Part shown: positions 1 to 9,157 of the stretch, in pieces
How the letters are laid out: each line of letters opens with the position of its first letter
How positions within the stretch are numbered: position 1 is the stretch's first letter
Source: Candidatus Izemoplasmatales bacterium
GTDB taxonomy: Bacteria; Bacillota_I; Bacilli_A; Izemoplasmatales; Hujiaoplasmataceae
Length of the DNA stretch: 64,000 nucleotides
Assembly: GCA_050949045.1 (NCBI GenBank)
Contig: JBMNEZ010000001.1
Coordinates: 416,001 to 480,000, forward strand
Reading direction: 5' to 3'
Notes under the pieces: generated by a model
Seen by the model: the letters and a program-made list of their open reading frames with translations, nothing else
What the model was told of the DNA's origin: nothing
The model's database searches: none
Translations under genes and position numbers: made by a program

Positions 1-2
1 TC

Positions 3-404
3 GGCTTTGGCGTCAAGATGCTCGTCTTCCTGGCAGCCCTCCAGGGCATCCCCGAGAGCTACTACGAAGTGGCTCGGTTGGAAGGAGCCACCAAGTTCCA
101 GCAATTCCGGAAAATCACCCTGCCTTTGATTACCCCGATGCTTTTCTTCAATGTCATCTTGATCACGATCGACGGACTGAAAGCCTTCAACCTCGCTTTC
201 GTGATGGGCAACGGGCAGGGCTTTCCGGCCAATTCGACCTTGCTTTTTCCAATCTACATGTTCATGACCGCCTTTAACATGCCCTTCCGCCTCGGCTACG
301 CCGCGGCGATGGCCTGGCTGTTCTTTCTTCTGATCCTCGCGCTTACGGGCATCAACTTTCTCCTCTCGCGCTACTACGTCCAAAAGGATGTGAGCGTTTC
401 ATGA
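3..404 (+). CDS. Carbohydrate ABC transporter permease (5' truncated by window)
   Basis: EAA-loop-like 'IPESYYEVARLEGATKFQQFRKITLP', hydrophobic helices, 'GYAAAMAW'; frame open to the window edge. Confidence 0.9.
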   Translation, partial: GFGVKMLVFLAALQGIPESYYEVARLEGATKFQQFRKITLPLITPMLFFNVILITIDGLKAFNLAFVMGNGQGFPANSTLLFPIYMFMTAFNMPFRLGYAAAMAWLFFLLILALTGINFLLSRYYVQKDVSVS

Positions 405-1282
405 GTACCTTGAAAATGACAAGGAAGAAAAAGAAAACCAAGGACGCTTGGGTCTATCTCCCGCTCGTTTTGTTTGCGATCGTGGCACTCTTGCCACTAT
501 ACTACTTGATCATCACTGCTTTCAAGAGCGTCGAGGAAGCCTCGCAGCTGGCGACGATGTGGCCGCGGTCCAACGAACTGATAAACAACATCAGATTCGT
601 GCTCTCCCATCCCGATTACCGTGTAGCGAGAATGTTCATGAACACGATGGTGATCTTCGCGCTCAAAACCTTGGGCACCGTGCTCACCTGTTCCCTTGCG
701 GGCTATGCATTTGCAATGTACAAGTTCCCGGGCAAAAAAATCATCTTCGCCGTCTTGCTTTCGACGATGATGATTCCCGGAGAGATCCTCGGGATCCCGA
801 TCTATGAGTTCATGGTCAACACCGGACTCAAGGAGATCGCCTACATCCCCCTTTGGATCGCCGCCTGGTTTGGGACCGATGTCTTCATGATCTTCTTGTT
901 CAGACAGTTTTTCCAGACCATACCAAAACCGCTTATCGAAGCTGCCAGGGTCGATGGGATGAGCGAACTAGGGATCTTCTTTAAGATTGTCGTGCCGCTC
1001 AATGTACCGGTAATTTCGACCGTGATCGTGCTTTACTTCGTCGGCACCTACAATGACTTATACGGACCGGCACTATATATCTCACAAAAATCCAATTGGG
1101 TGATGGCCAACAGCATCTCGATCTTCGAGAACCTTTATCGCACGGGTTCGGGGAACTACATCGTCCCTTGGAACTATGTCGCCGTTGCCAGTTTGATCGC
1201 GCTGGTTCCGGAAGTCTTGTTATTTGCGTTCATGCAAAAGAAATTCATGCAAAGCGTCGCCGGAACGGGGATCAAATCATGA
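401..1282 (+). CDS. Carbohydrate ABC transporter permease (MalG-like)
   Basis: 'FRQFFQTIPKPLIEAARVDGMSE' EAA motif; ATGA overlap with upstream permease. Confidence 0.92.
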   Translation: MSTLKMTRKKKKTKDAWVYLPLVLFAIVALLPLYYLIITAFKSVEEASQLATMWPRSNELINNIRFVLSHPDYRVARMFMNTMVIFALKTLGTVLTCSLAGYAFAMYKFPGKKIIFAVLLSTMMIPGEILGIPIYEFMVNTGLKEIAYIPLWIAAWFGTDVFMIFLFRQFFQTIPKPLIEAARVDGMSELGIFFKIVVPLNVPVISTVIVLYFVGTYNDLYGPALYISQKSNWVMANSISIFENLYRTGSGNYIVPWNYVAVASLIALVPEVLLFAFMQKKFMQSVAGTGIKS

Positions 1283-2211
1283 TTGAATTTGTAAGTAAAC
1301 CGACACCGCTCGTTGAACTGCTCAAAGAAAAATCAAAGAGGCAAGAAAAGATCCGGCCGCGGAAACTGAAATTCAGGGGAGCGCTCGGCTTTGATCTCTA
1401 CAATCCGAGCCATGAGTTCAACTTTGACGGTGATTGTTACATCGCCGTCAGGGTCGAGAAACGCGACTCGGAGATCTCGGGTGTCCGGATCTTCAAAAAA
1501 AGCCCCGATAATGTCTATGACATCACCGATTTTTCTTTCCAATTGCTTCAAGATCCTTTTGTGACCAAAATCGAAGGCGAGATCGTTTTCGGGGGCACGG
1601 CGATCGAAATCGATGGAAAAAGGAAAATCGTCAACTGGCACACCGACTTCTACAAGGGACCTTCGCTCAAAGAATTGAAGTTCTTCCTGAAAGCGCCCGA
1701 CAAGATGAAGGATGTCCGCCTCCACGAGCATGAGGGGATCCATGTCTTCACCAGGCCTCAAGGAGGAACGGCGGGGCCCGGCAAGATCGGATACTTCAAG
1801 GCAAATTCTCTTAAAGAAGTGACGAGTGAAAAGATCGCCGACGCCGCTGTTCTCGATTCCCATTTCGCCTCCGGCGAATGGGGCGGCGTCAACCAGGTTT
1901 TGACGCTTGACAATGGCCTGCTCGGGATCGTTGGCCATATCGCCAAAATGACGGGAAATGGGACCCGCAATTACTACGGCATGGTCTTTTGTTTCGATCC
2001 TTTTACCAAATCATCGTCAAAGATCAAGATCATCAGCGAAAGAAGCGACTTCCCCCCGGGGCCAAGCAAAAGAAGCGATCTTTACAACGTCATCTTCCCC
2101 GGCGGGATCATCCGCCAGAAGAAAGGTTTCGCGACGCTCTACGCCGGTTTATCCGATGCTCAGATAGCCAGCGCCATCATTCCTGACCCCTTTAAAGAAT
2201 ATGAGGAGTAG
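1279..2211 (+). CDS. DUF1861 family beta-propeller glycoside phosphorylase-like protein (GH130/GT108-related)
   Basis: Motifs LQDPF, KMKDVRL, VFTRPQG, EWGGVNQ, GHIA, VIFPGG, LYAGLSDA; start re-called at ATG 1279 (ATGA overlap); no signal peptide. Confidence 0.75.
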   Translation: MIEFVSKPTPLVELLKEKSKRQEKIRPRKLKFRGALGFDLYNPSHEFNFDGDCYIAVRVEKRDSEISGVRIFKKSPDNVYDITDFSFQLLQDPFVTKIEGEIVFGGTAIEIDGKRKIVNWHTDFYKGPSLKELKFFLKAPDKMKDVRLHEHEGIHVFTRPQGGTAGPGKIGYFKANSLKEVTSEKIADAAVLDSHFASGEWGGVNQVLTLDNGLLGIVGHIAKMTGNGTRNYYGMVFCFDPFTKSSSKIKIISERSDFPPGPSKRSDLYNVIFPGGIIRQKKGFATLYAGLSDAQIASAIIPDPFKEYEE

Positions 2212-2214
2212 AAG

Positions 2215-3648
2215 ATGAAGAAAGGAATCGCCATCATCCTAATGCTAATAGCCGGTTTTGGTCTTTTTGCCTGCGACAGTGTCACCTCGACGACAGTGAC
2301 GACCACCGCTTCGATCACGACCATTCCAGACTCGACTAGTGCGACCACTATGGACGCGCCTTTGGTGATGGAATTCGATTTCGATCTTCCAAGCGATGTC
2401 TCGACCTCTTCTTTGTCTTTGACTGATTTCATCATTATTTCCGGTCATAACCTCACATCAGCCGACTATGAGGTTGATCTTGAAAGAGGAGTACTGACTT
2501 TCAAGAAAGAATATCTTGCCTATCTAAATCCTGGCATCTACACCTATACCTTGCATCGCAGTGATACTGAAGAAAAGTTCAATTTGAATATCATCGATAG
2601 AAACCAACAATACCGCCTCGTCAACGAGGGCTTTGAGACCGGTGACCTCTTTGGCTGGGAACCTCAGACCATCTTCAAGGGCGAAAGCAACCTGCTCGCC
2701 TTTGATGACGGTGTCGTTGTCGAAAACGGCATGATAACCGGCAGTGAAACCGCCTATGGCGCGGAAGGCGAATATCTGGTGGGGATCGATAGCGGGATCG
2801 CCCTTAGTTTGTTTGAAGAACGGATGGGCAAATTGAGATCAACGACCTTCATCCTTGGGGGTTCCGGCTACATCACCTTCCGCCTTGGAGGCGGCGGGAA
2901 TCCGGCTCTTGGTTATTTGTCGGTTCGAAACAGCATGGATGATACCGAAGTCGCGCGCTTCTATCCGGAAATAGCCGCGACGCATCCGGCCGAGCTGATT
3001 CTCTACAAGGCGGATCTCAGCGAAGCGATCGGAGAAAGGCTCTATCTCGAACTAATTGATCTTTACGGTCATGAGGGGGATTATCTGACTTTCGATGACT
3101 TCCAAGTCTACCATCAGAGCATTCCTGAGGAAGGGATGCTAGCGACCAGCATCCTGCCTACATTTGCGGTCGCATACGTTCCCAACCAACTTCCAAACGG
3201 CAACTTTGAAAACGGACTTGAAGGCTGGATCGAGGTGTATGGCGAAGCCTTCAGAGTAGAAAATAACACCCTGAAAAGCAATCAAGGCGGCGATGAGGCC
3301 GTCGGCGTCATCCGCTCCTCGTTATTCAGAGTCGATGGCAGCGGTATCGCGAGCGTCACCATCTCTGCCGCCCAGGGAGCCCGTTATGACAAAGACACTT
3401 TCATCTCGGTCAAAGAAGCAAGCACCAATCGAGAGATCCTGCGTTTTGCGAACCGCAACCATGACGGGATCTTCCCGGTCACCTATTATCTCGATCTTGG
3501 CGAATATCTGGGGAAGAATCTCTATTTTGAGATCGTTGATAATGCCAAAGGCAGTTACGATACGATCTTCGTAAGCGATATCGTCACCTATTATCAGGAA
3601 AGACCTGATTTTACCTACAAGGATCTTGCCTTGAATCTCAACGAATAG
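2215..3648 (+). CDS. Lipoprotein with X2/Ig-like domain and tandem CBM-like module
   Basis: Lipobox LFAC, Thr-rich linker, 'NEGFETGDLFGW' and 'NGNFENGLEGW' domain starts. Confidence 0.75.
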   Translation: MKKGIAIILMLIAGFGLFACDSVTSTTVTTTASITTIPDSTSATTMDAPLVMEFDFDLPSDVSTSSLSLTDFIIISGHNLTSADYEVDLERGVLTFKKEYLAYLNPGIYTYTLHRSDTEEKFNLNIIDRNQQYRLVNEGFETGDLFGWEPQTIFKGESNLLAFDDGVVVENGMITGSETAYGAEGEYLVGIDSGIALSLFEERMGKLRSTTFILGGSGYITFRLGGGGNPALGYLSVRNSMDDTEVARFYPEIAATHPAELILYKADLSEAIGERLYLELIDLYGHEGDYLTFDDFQVYHQSIPEEGMLATSILPTFAVAYVPNQLPNGNFENGLEGWIEVYGEAFRVENNTLKSNQGGDEAVGVIRSSLFRVDGSGIASVTISAAQGARYDKDTFISVKEASTNREILRFANRNHDGIFPVTYYLDLGEYLGKNLYFEIVDNAKGSYDTIFVSDIVTYYQERPDFTYKDLALNLNE

Positions 3649-3651
3649 GAT

Positions 3652-6600
3652 GTGGACAAGATCAAAAAGCTAGTTTGGTTGTTCATCTTCATCGGTTTTG
3701 CCTTCACCTTCATCCTTGGATGCAAGGATGTTTCAACGACGATCGTTGAGACGACTTCGACGACAACTTTGGGCGTAATCAGCACCACCACCTCAAGCGG
3801 AAAGACTTCGACTGCGACGACCACCGCTCCGATAACGACCTCATCCACCATCTCCACGGACTTGACGACGGTAATAACGACCGCTCCACCTACTGTGACC
3901 ACGACGGTTCCATCTACTTTGAGCACGGCCGTCACCACCACTGTGGCATTTCCTGAGCCGACGATGGATTTTTCGGGTGAAACCGGCTGTCACACCATCG
4001 GTCTTTCGAACGATTTGGTTCTTTCGCTTGACCTTGGCGGGGCGGATATCACCGAACTTAAGTTGGGGACTACGGTCCTAGCCGCCAAAGATTACCGTTT
4101 GAGCGACGATGAATTGACGATCTTTAAGGAGTTCATCGATCGTTTTCAGCCAAGCGCAAGTTCCTTGCTTAAACTGACGACTGGTGGCGGAACCGCCACT
4201 CTCGACCTTGTCATCAACGATATCCCGGATATCAAGAACAAATCCGACTTCATCAAGTTTCCCGGAGAAGCGATCGTCAATGAGGATTTCAGAGGCCTCG
4301 TCATCGATGAAGTCGGGGCTTTGACCTATGAGTTTTCGATCGCTTCCGATGATCATCTGTTGGTCGATCACGGCAACGGCACCTTTGACTTCACCCCAGG
4401 CTTTGTCTTTGTGGGCGATCTTGCGATCACTTTCAAGGTGACCGACGAATATGGGGCAGGAGTCCAAAGAGACATCAACTTGAATTACAAAGAGGTCGAT
4501 CCTTATATCTTTGACGCCGGAGGCGAGAAGACATTTGAAAAGATGACCGCCGCCGCCGATCTTGTGATGATGGTCAATACCTATGGAAGCGAACCCGACA
4601 CTCTTTATTATGAGATGACGGATGTCTTGTTGTCAAAGGCTTCGATCGGCAGCGACAACTACCTTTTCAAAACCGATGACAATCCCAAGCTTTTCTCCCT
4701 CAAATATGAATATTTAATGGCTCTTCCTGTCGGAATTCACACTTTCACATTGACGACCGAGGCCGGACAGGCCGAGTTTATTGTCAATATTACGGATTCG
4801 AGGCCGGTAGAGGCGACTCCGAATGAGGCGGAATACACCCTCGGTGTTTCCTCGCAAAACCTCGATTTTGCTTTGGTTATTTATAACAATCAGATCACGG
4901 GAACCAGCTTTGAGCTCGATGGAACGACGCTTCTTTGCGACGAGTATACTTACAGCGATCAACTGCTCAGTTTACAGGTTGGTTTCCTGGAGACCTTGAC
5001 TCCCGGAAACCACCGCTTGAGCTGTAACGGCACGCAAATTGCATTGATTACTATTTTGACACCGCAAACGCCAAAATTGGGCGAAATCGATGAACCGGTC
5101 ATCTTTGAAAAAACAAACCCAAATGATTTGGTGATTCCGATCGAGCTCCATGGCTTTGCAAGTGTTACCGATATCTTTGATTCCCAGGTTAAACTTGAAA
5201 CCTCTGCTTACAGTCTCACCGAAACAACTCTCACCATCAAGAAAGCTTATCTTTCCGAACTGGCCTACGGGAACCATGAGTTCTTTATTGTGAACTCTCA
5301 AGGCTCGGCATCGTTCTTTGTGGCGATCACCGACAAACCAAAGCCGTCTTCAACCGATCAGAATGTGACCAAGTTCACCTACGAGACGATATCGAGCGAA
5401 GCGTTGAGGGTCTTGCAACCCGGCGGCTATGAAATCGAGCGCTTTGAACTGCTTTCGGTCGGCTTCTACAACTATGTTGAAACCGCGAGCGGAACCGCTC
5501 TAGAAGCCGATCTTGATGAATCGCTGCTTGAGGCGACCGGCGGCTTTGGCTCGCTTACCATCAGCGAGACCGCCAAAGCCTTCGCCTTTATCAGAAACTC
5601 CGGCTGGTACGGCGTGGTCGTCTTCACCTATGTCGCCCTTGATGAACTCGGTCTCTCAAGCGCTCCGATCACGATGGAAGTCGTCTATAAGCCTATGCCC
5701 CCGGCGATCGCCGACAGTACTTCCAAGCACTATGTGAAAGGCGATTTGACCGATGTTGTCTACACCGTCACCAACATGTCCGGCAATTCTTACTTCCCGA
5801 TCGAGAAGATCTTCTATGGAGAAACCGAACTGGTGCTTGATAGCGATTATACGGTCGGGCCGCAGGAAGGAAGCAACCTCTTCTTCACGATTAAAGCCAC
5901 ATACTTAGAAACTTTATCGCTCGGAACGAAAGCTTTCCTGCTTCGAACCGGAGGCGGACAGGCCGAGTTCTCGCTTGAAATCAATAGCGCTTTGAATATC
6001 AGCGATCCCGACGGCGAGTTCGACAAAAACATTCCCGAAACCATTGTGTTTGCGGTTTCGGGTCAGCCGAACGTCATCCAGACATTGAAAAAAGCTGGGA
6101 CCGTCCTTCCTTCCGATCATTACACTTTCACGGATGGATCCCTCTCGATCAAGTCTACCTATCTGAACAATCTTCCTTATGGAGAACACCACTTCACGAT
6201 CAATAACGGGTATGGAGAAAGCGAACTAAAGATTACGGTGATGGACTCTAGAACGCCCGTCTTGGTGTCAGAGACGATAACCTACTATGAGGGCAGTCTG
6301 GAAAATGTCAGCGTCGCCGTCAATCTTTACGACAAGTCGGTTACGGGGTTGTTGCTGGGAGAAACTGAAGTAAGCAGCAGCAATTACTCGGTTTTTGAAA
6401 ACACCGTTACGCTCACAGGTCCGTATCTTGAAAGCGTCGGCGTTGGCCGGGAAGAACTCGCCTTCACGATCGTCTGCTCGGAAGGAAGCATTTCTTTCAC
6501 GGTTTTGATCGAGATTCCGGTCGCTGGTCCAACTATCACGCAGATATCCCCGGATTTCAAAATCGACACCATCGAAGATGTGACCTACAGCATCAATTTG

Positions 6601-9117
6601 TCGGGCAACACCTTCACGAGCCTCAGGTATCAGGGGATCGTCCTCACCGAGGGAAGTGACTACACCTTCAATGAAACGACGGGAGAACTTGTCCTCTTGG
6701 GTGAATTCCTGATCAGGCTATACAACCATGAAGACAGCACTTATGGCTTCACTCTCCATACGCTTGAAGCTCCGCCCAAAGCTTTCAGCCTGACTTATCA
6801 AAACTCTTCCTATCTTCTTTTGAACGGCGGCTTTGAAACGGGCGACCTCTTTGGTTGGGCGCCTTACGCGCTTTGGAAGGACGAAGCGGTTTTGACCGCT
6901 TTTAGGAATGAAAGAGTCGTGGACACCCTCTATTACGGCTCGGCGGGAACTAACCTCTATAACAAGGACGGCACCTATCATTTCGGTCTTTACATCGATC
7001 CTTACGACAATGCCAACAAGGATCTGAACCAGGAGCGGATGGGGATGCTGAGGTCGGAGAACTTCACCCTTTCAGGTTCTGGGGTCATCTCCTTCAAACT
7101 CGGAGGCGGCAAGAACACCGCAACGGCCTACATAGCAATCCATGACGCCTCTAACAATCAGGAACTTGCCCGCTTCGGCAACCGTCATTTTGGGAACACC
7201 GCCCTGAGCGGCACCGAAAACGCCGAAGGGTACATGTTCCAATATTACTATGATCTATCCGAGCATCTGGGGAAAGAACTCTACTTCCTGATTGTCGATA
7301 GCGCCAGCCATGAATGGAATGTCCTCGCTTTTGACTCTTTTATCACCTATTATATAGAAAAACCGACTTACAACGCCGATGAGACGGCACAAGACATCAA
7401 ACCGACAATTTACGCCGCCGGCGCGGCGACCAACCAGATCATCAATGGCGCCCTGACCGCCAATCTCGACAATTGGGAAAACCCGAATGGCGTTTTCAAA
7501 ATCGACAATGGCGGCGCCATCAGCAGCCATGGCGGCAACGCCGCTCTCGGAGCGCTCCGCTCGCCGGCATTCACCGTTAATGGCGCAAATGTCTATCTCA
7601 CCTATGAATTTGCCGGCGCGATCCAGCGCGACAAGCAAGTCTTCATCTTGATCAAGGAAGTCGGCACCAACCTTGAAGTATTGCGGTTGACGAGGAGAGC
7701 GGACCAAGCCTCCAGTTCGGATTCGGGGGATTTCAAGCCACACTGGTACGATCTGTCCGGACTTGATCCTCTGAAAGAATACTATTTGGAAATCATTGAC
7801 AACCGCGACGGTGAATGGGGCGTGGCCTTGGTCCGAAATATAAACTTGGTTTCCGGCGGCTATGGCGCTGATAATCAAGCAGCCGTGAACGCCTTCTACG
7901 GCTTGAACCAGCACGACCCGGAAACGGGGATGCACTGGAAAAGAGTGTCTGAACTTGAAGCAAGCGCTCTAGCTATTCCCCATTTCGTAATTGCGACACT
8001 TGGGGAAAACGCTTCAAGCGGTTTCAGCATCAACTACCATTCGCCTTATGAAACGACTTATCTCGAGTATACCCAGGCAAGCGATCCTACTTTTGCGAAC
8101 GCCTCAAGAATCAAGGTGACCGGCGCGTTGTATCAAGCCGAGATCAGTGAAACCGGAAACATCGTCTACGGTTTCACTCCGAGATATGTTCACAAAGCCG
8201 CTATCACCGGCCTTGATCCAAACGCCGAGTATATCTATCGGATCAGGGAAGGCTATGCGATTTCAGAGGTCAAAAACATCAAAACCGCCCCACTTGACAG
8301 CTACCGTTTTCTCTACTATACCGATACCCAGGCCGAAAACAAGGGTCAAACGGCGACTTTTTCTATCCTGATCGAAGAAGCTTACCTTTATCATGATGAC
8401 TATCTTTTTGCCCTTGTGACCGGCGATCTGGTCGAAAAAGGAGTATCGGAGACGATGTGGGACTGGTTTTATGATGCAGGGCCTGATGCGTTGCCGTTGA
8501 TGACGGTTCCTGGAAACCACGACTATCAAAACCAGGCCGGGGAGATCGTTTCGGCCGGATACTATAACAGTTTGTTCAATAACCCCCAGAATGGGAGTTC
8601 AAACTATCTTAACTCGTCTTACTATTTTCTCGTCAATAACACTCTTTATATAATGCTCGACACGGTGACCGGCACTGATTTGGCTTCGCAACAGGCTTGG
8701 CTGATTGATACCGTGACTGCCAATCCAAGCGACTTTGTCATCGTCGCGACCCATTACAGCATGTATGGCACCTATCATGAGCCGACCGCAGCCCAGATGA
8801 TCAGCGACTGGCTGCCGACCTTCGATTCGGCCGGCGTCGACCTGGTCTTATCCGGGCATGACCACATCTATGCGAGAACGCCAAAAATGGCCGGAGGCAT
8901 CAAAGTCACCGAAGGGGAAGGCACCTACTATTTGATTGGCGGCACCGCCGGATACAAGTACCGCTATGTCGAAGAAGGCGAAGGCGACGTCTTCGAATTC
9001 TTCATCGAGGACACGATCTCGACGATCTCGATGATCGAAGTGAGCGCTGCTCAAATTGCAGTCCAGACGATCGATACCGAAGGCACCATCGTCGATTCTT
9101 TCACGATCCCCGCCTGA
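3652..9117 (+). CDS. 1821-aa surface lipoprotein: X2/Ig-like repeats, tandem CBM-like module, C-terminal purple-acid-phosphatase-type metallophosphoesterase
   Basis: Lipobox ILGC and Thr-rich linker; repeated 'LTI..[AS]YL..L..G.H.F'; metallophosphoesterase motifs TDTQ, GDLV, GNHD, H, SGHDHIYAR. Confidence 0.85.
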   Translation: MDKIKKLVWLFIFIGFAFTFILGCKDVSTTIVETTSTTTLGVISTTTSSGKTSTATTTAPITTSSTISTDLTTVITTAPPTVTTTVPSTLSTAVTTTVAFPEPTMDFSGETGCHTIGLSNDLVLSLDLGGADITELKLGTTVLAAKDYRLSDDELTIFKEFIDRFQPSASSLLKLTTGGGTATLDLVINDIPDIKNKSDFIKFPGEAIVNEDFRGLVIDEVGALTYEFSIASDDHLLVDHGNGTFDFTPGFVFVGDLAITFKVTDEYGAGVQRDINLNYKEVDPYIFDAGGEKTFEKMTAAADLVMMVNTYGSEPDTLYYEMTDVLLSKASIGSDNYLFKTDDNPKLFSLKYEYLMALPVGIHTFTLTTEAGQAEFIVNITDSRPVEATPNEAEYTLGVSSQNLDFALVIYNNQITGTSFELDGTTLLCDEYTYSDQLLSLQVGFLETLTPGNHRLSCNGTQIALITILTPQTPKLGEIDEPVIFEKTNPNDLVIPIELHGFASVTDIFDSQVKLETSAYSLTETTLTIKKAYLSELAYGNHEFFIVNSQGSASFFVAITDKPKPSSTDQNVTKFTYETISSEALRVLQPGGYEIERFELLSVGFYNYVETASGTALEADLDESLLEATGGFGSLTISETAKAFAFIRNSGWYGVVVFTYVALDELGLSSAPITMEVVYKPMPPAIADSTSKHYVKGDLTDVVYTVTNMSGNSYFPIEKIFYGETELVLDSDYTVGPQEGSNLFFTIKATYLETLSLGTKAFLLRTGGGQAEFSLEINSALNISDPDGEFDKNIPETIVFAVSGQPNVIQTLKKAGTVLPSDHYTFTDGSLSIKSTYLNNLPYGEHHFTINNGYGESELKITVMDSRTPVLVSETITYYEGSLENVSVAVNLYDKSVTGLLLGETEVSSSNYSVFENTVTLTGPYLESVGVGREELAFTIVCSEGSISFTVLIEIPVAGPTITQISPDFKIDTIEDVTYSINLSGNTFTSLRYQGIVLTEGSDYTFNETTGELVLLGEFLIRLYNHEDSTYGFTLHTLEAPPKAFSLTYQNSSYLLLNGGFETGDLFGWAPYALWKDEAVLTAFRNERVVDTLYYGSAGTNLYNKDGTYHFGLYIDPYDNANKDLNQERMGMLRSENFTLSGSGVISFKLGGGKNTATAYIAIHDASNNQELARFGNRHFGNTALSGTENAEGYMFQYYYDLSEHLGKELYFLIVDSASHEWNVLAFDSFITYYIEKPTYNADETAQDIKPTIYAAGAATNQIINGALTANLDNWENPNGVFKIDNGGAISSHGGNAALGALRSPAFTVNGANVYLTYEFAGAIQRDKQVFILIKEVGTNLEVLRLTRRADQASSSDSGDFKPHWYDLSGLDPLKEYYLEIIDNRDGEWGVALVRNINLVSGGYGADNQAAVNAFYGLNQHDPETGMHWKRVSELEASALAIPHFVIATLGENASSGFSINYHSPYETTYLEYTQASDPTFANASRIKVTGALYQAEISETGNIVYGFTPRYVHKAAITGLDPNAEYIYRIREGYAISEVKNIKTAPLDSYRFLYYTDTQAENKGQTATFSILIEEAYLYHDDYLFALVTGDLVEKGVSETMWDWFYDAGPDALPLMTVPGNHDYQNQAGEIVSAGYYNSLFNNPQNGSSNYLNSSYYFLVNNTLYIMLDTVTGTDLASQQAWLIDTVTANPSDFVIVATHYSMYGTYHEPTAAQMISDWLPTFDSAGVDLVLSGHDHIYARTPKMAGGIKVTEGEGTYYLIGGTAGYKYRYVEEGEGDVFEFFIEDTISTISMIEVSAAQIAVQTIDTEGTIVDSFTIPA

Positions 9118-9157
9118 ATCAGTTCATGAACAAATAATTGTCAAGGAGGAAAACCCG

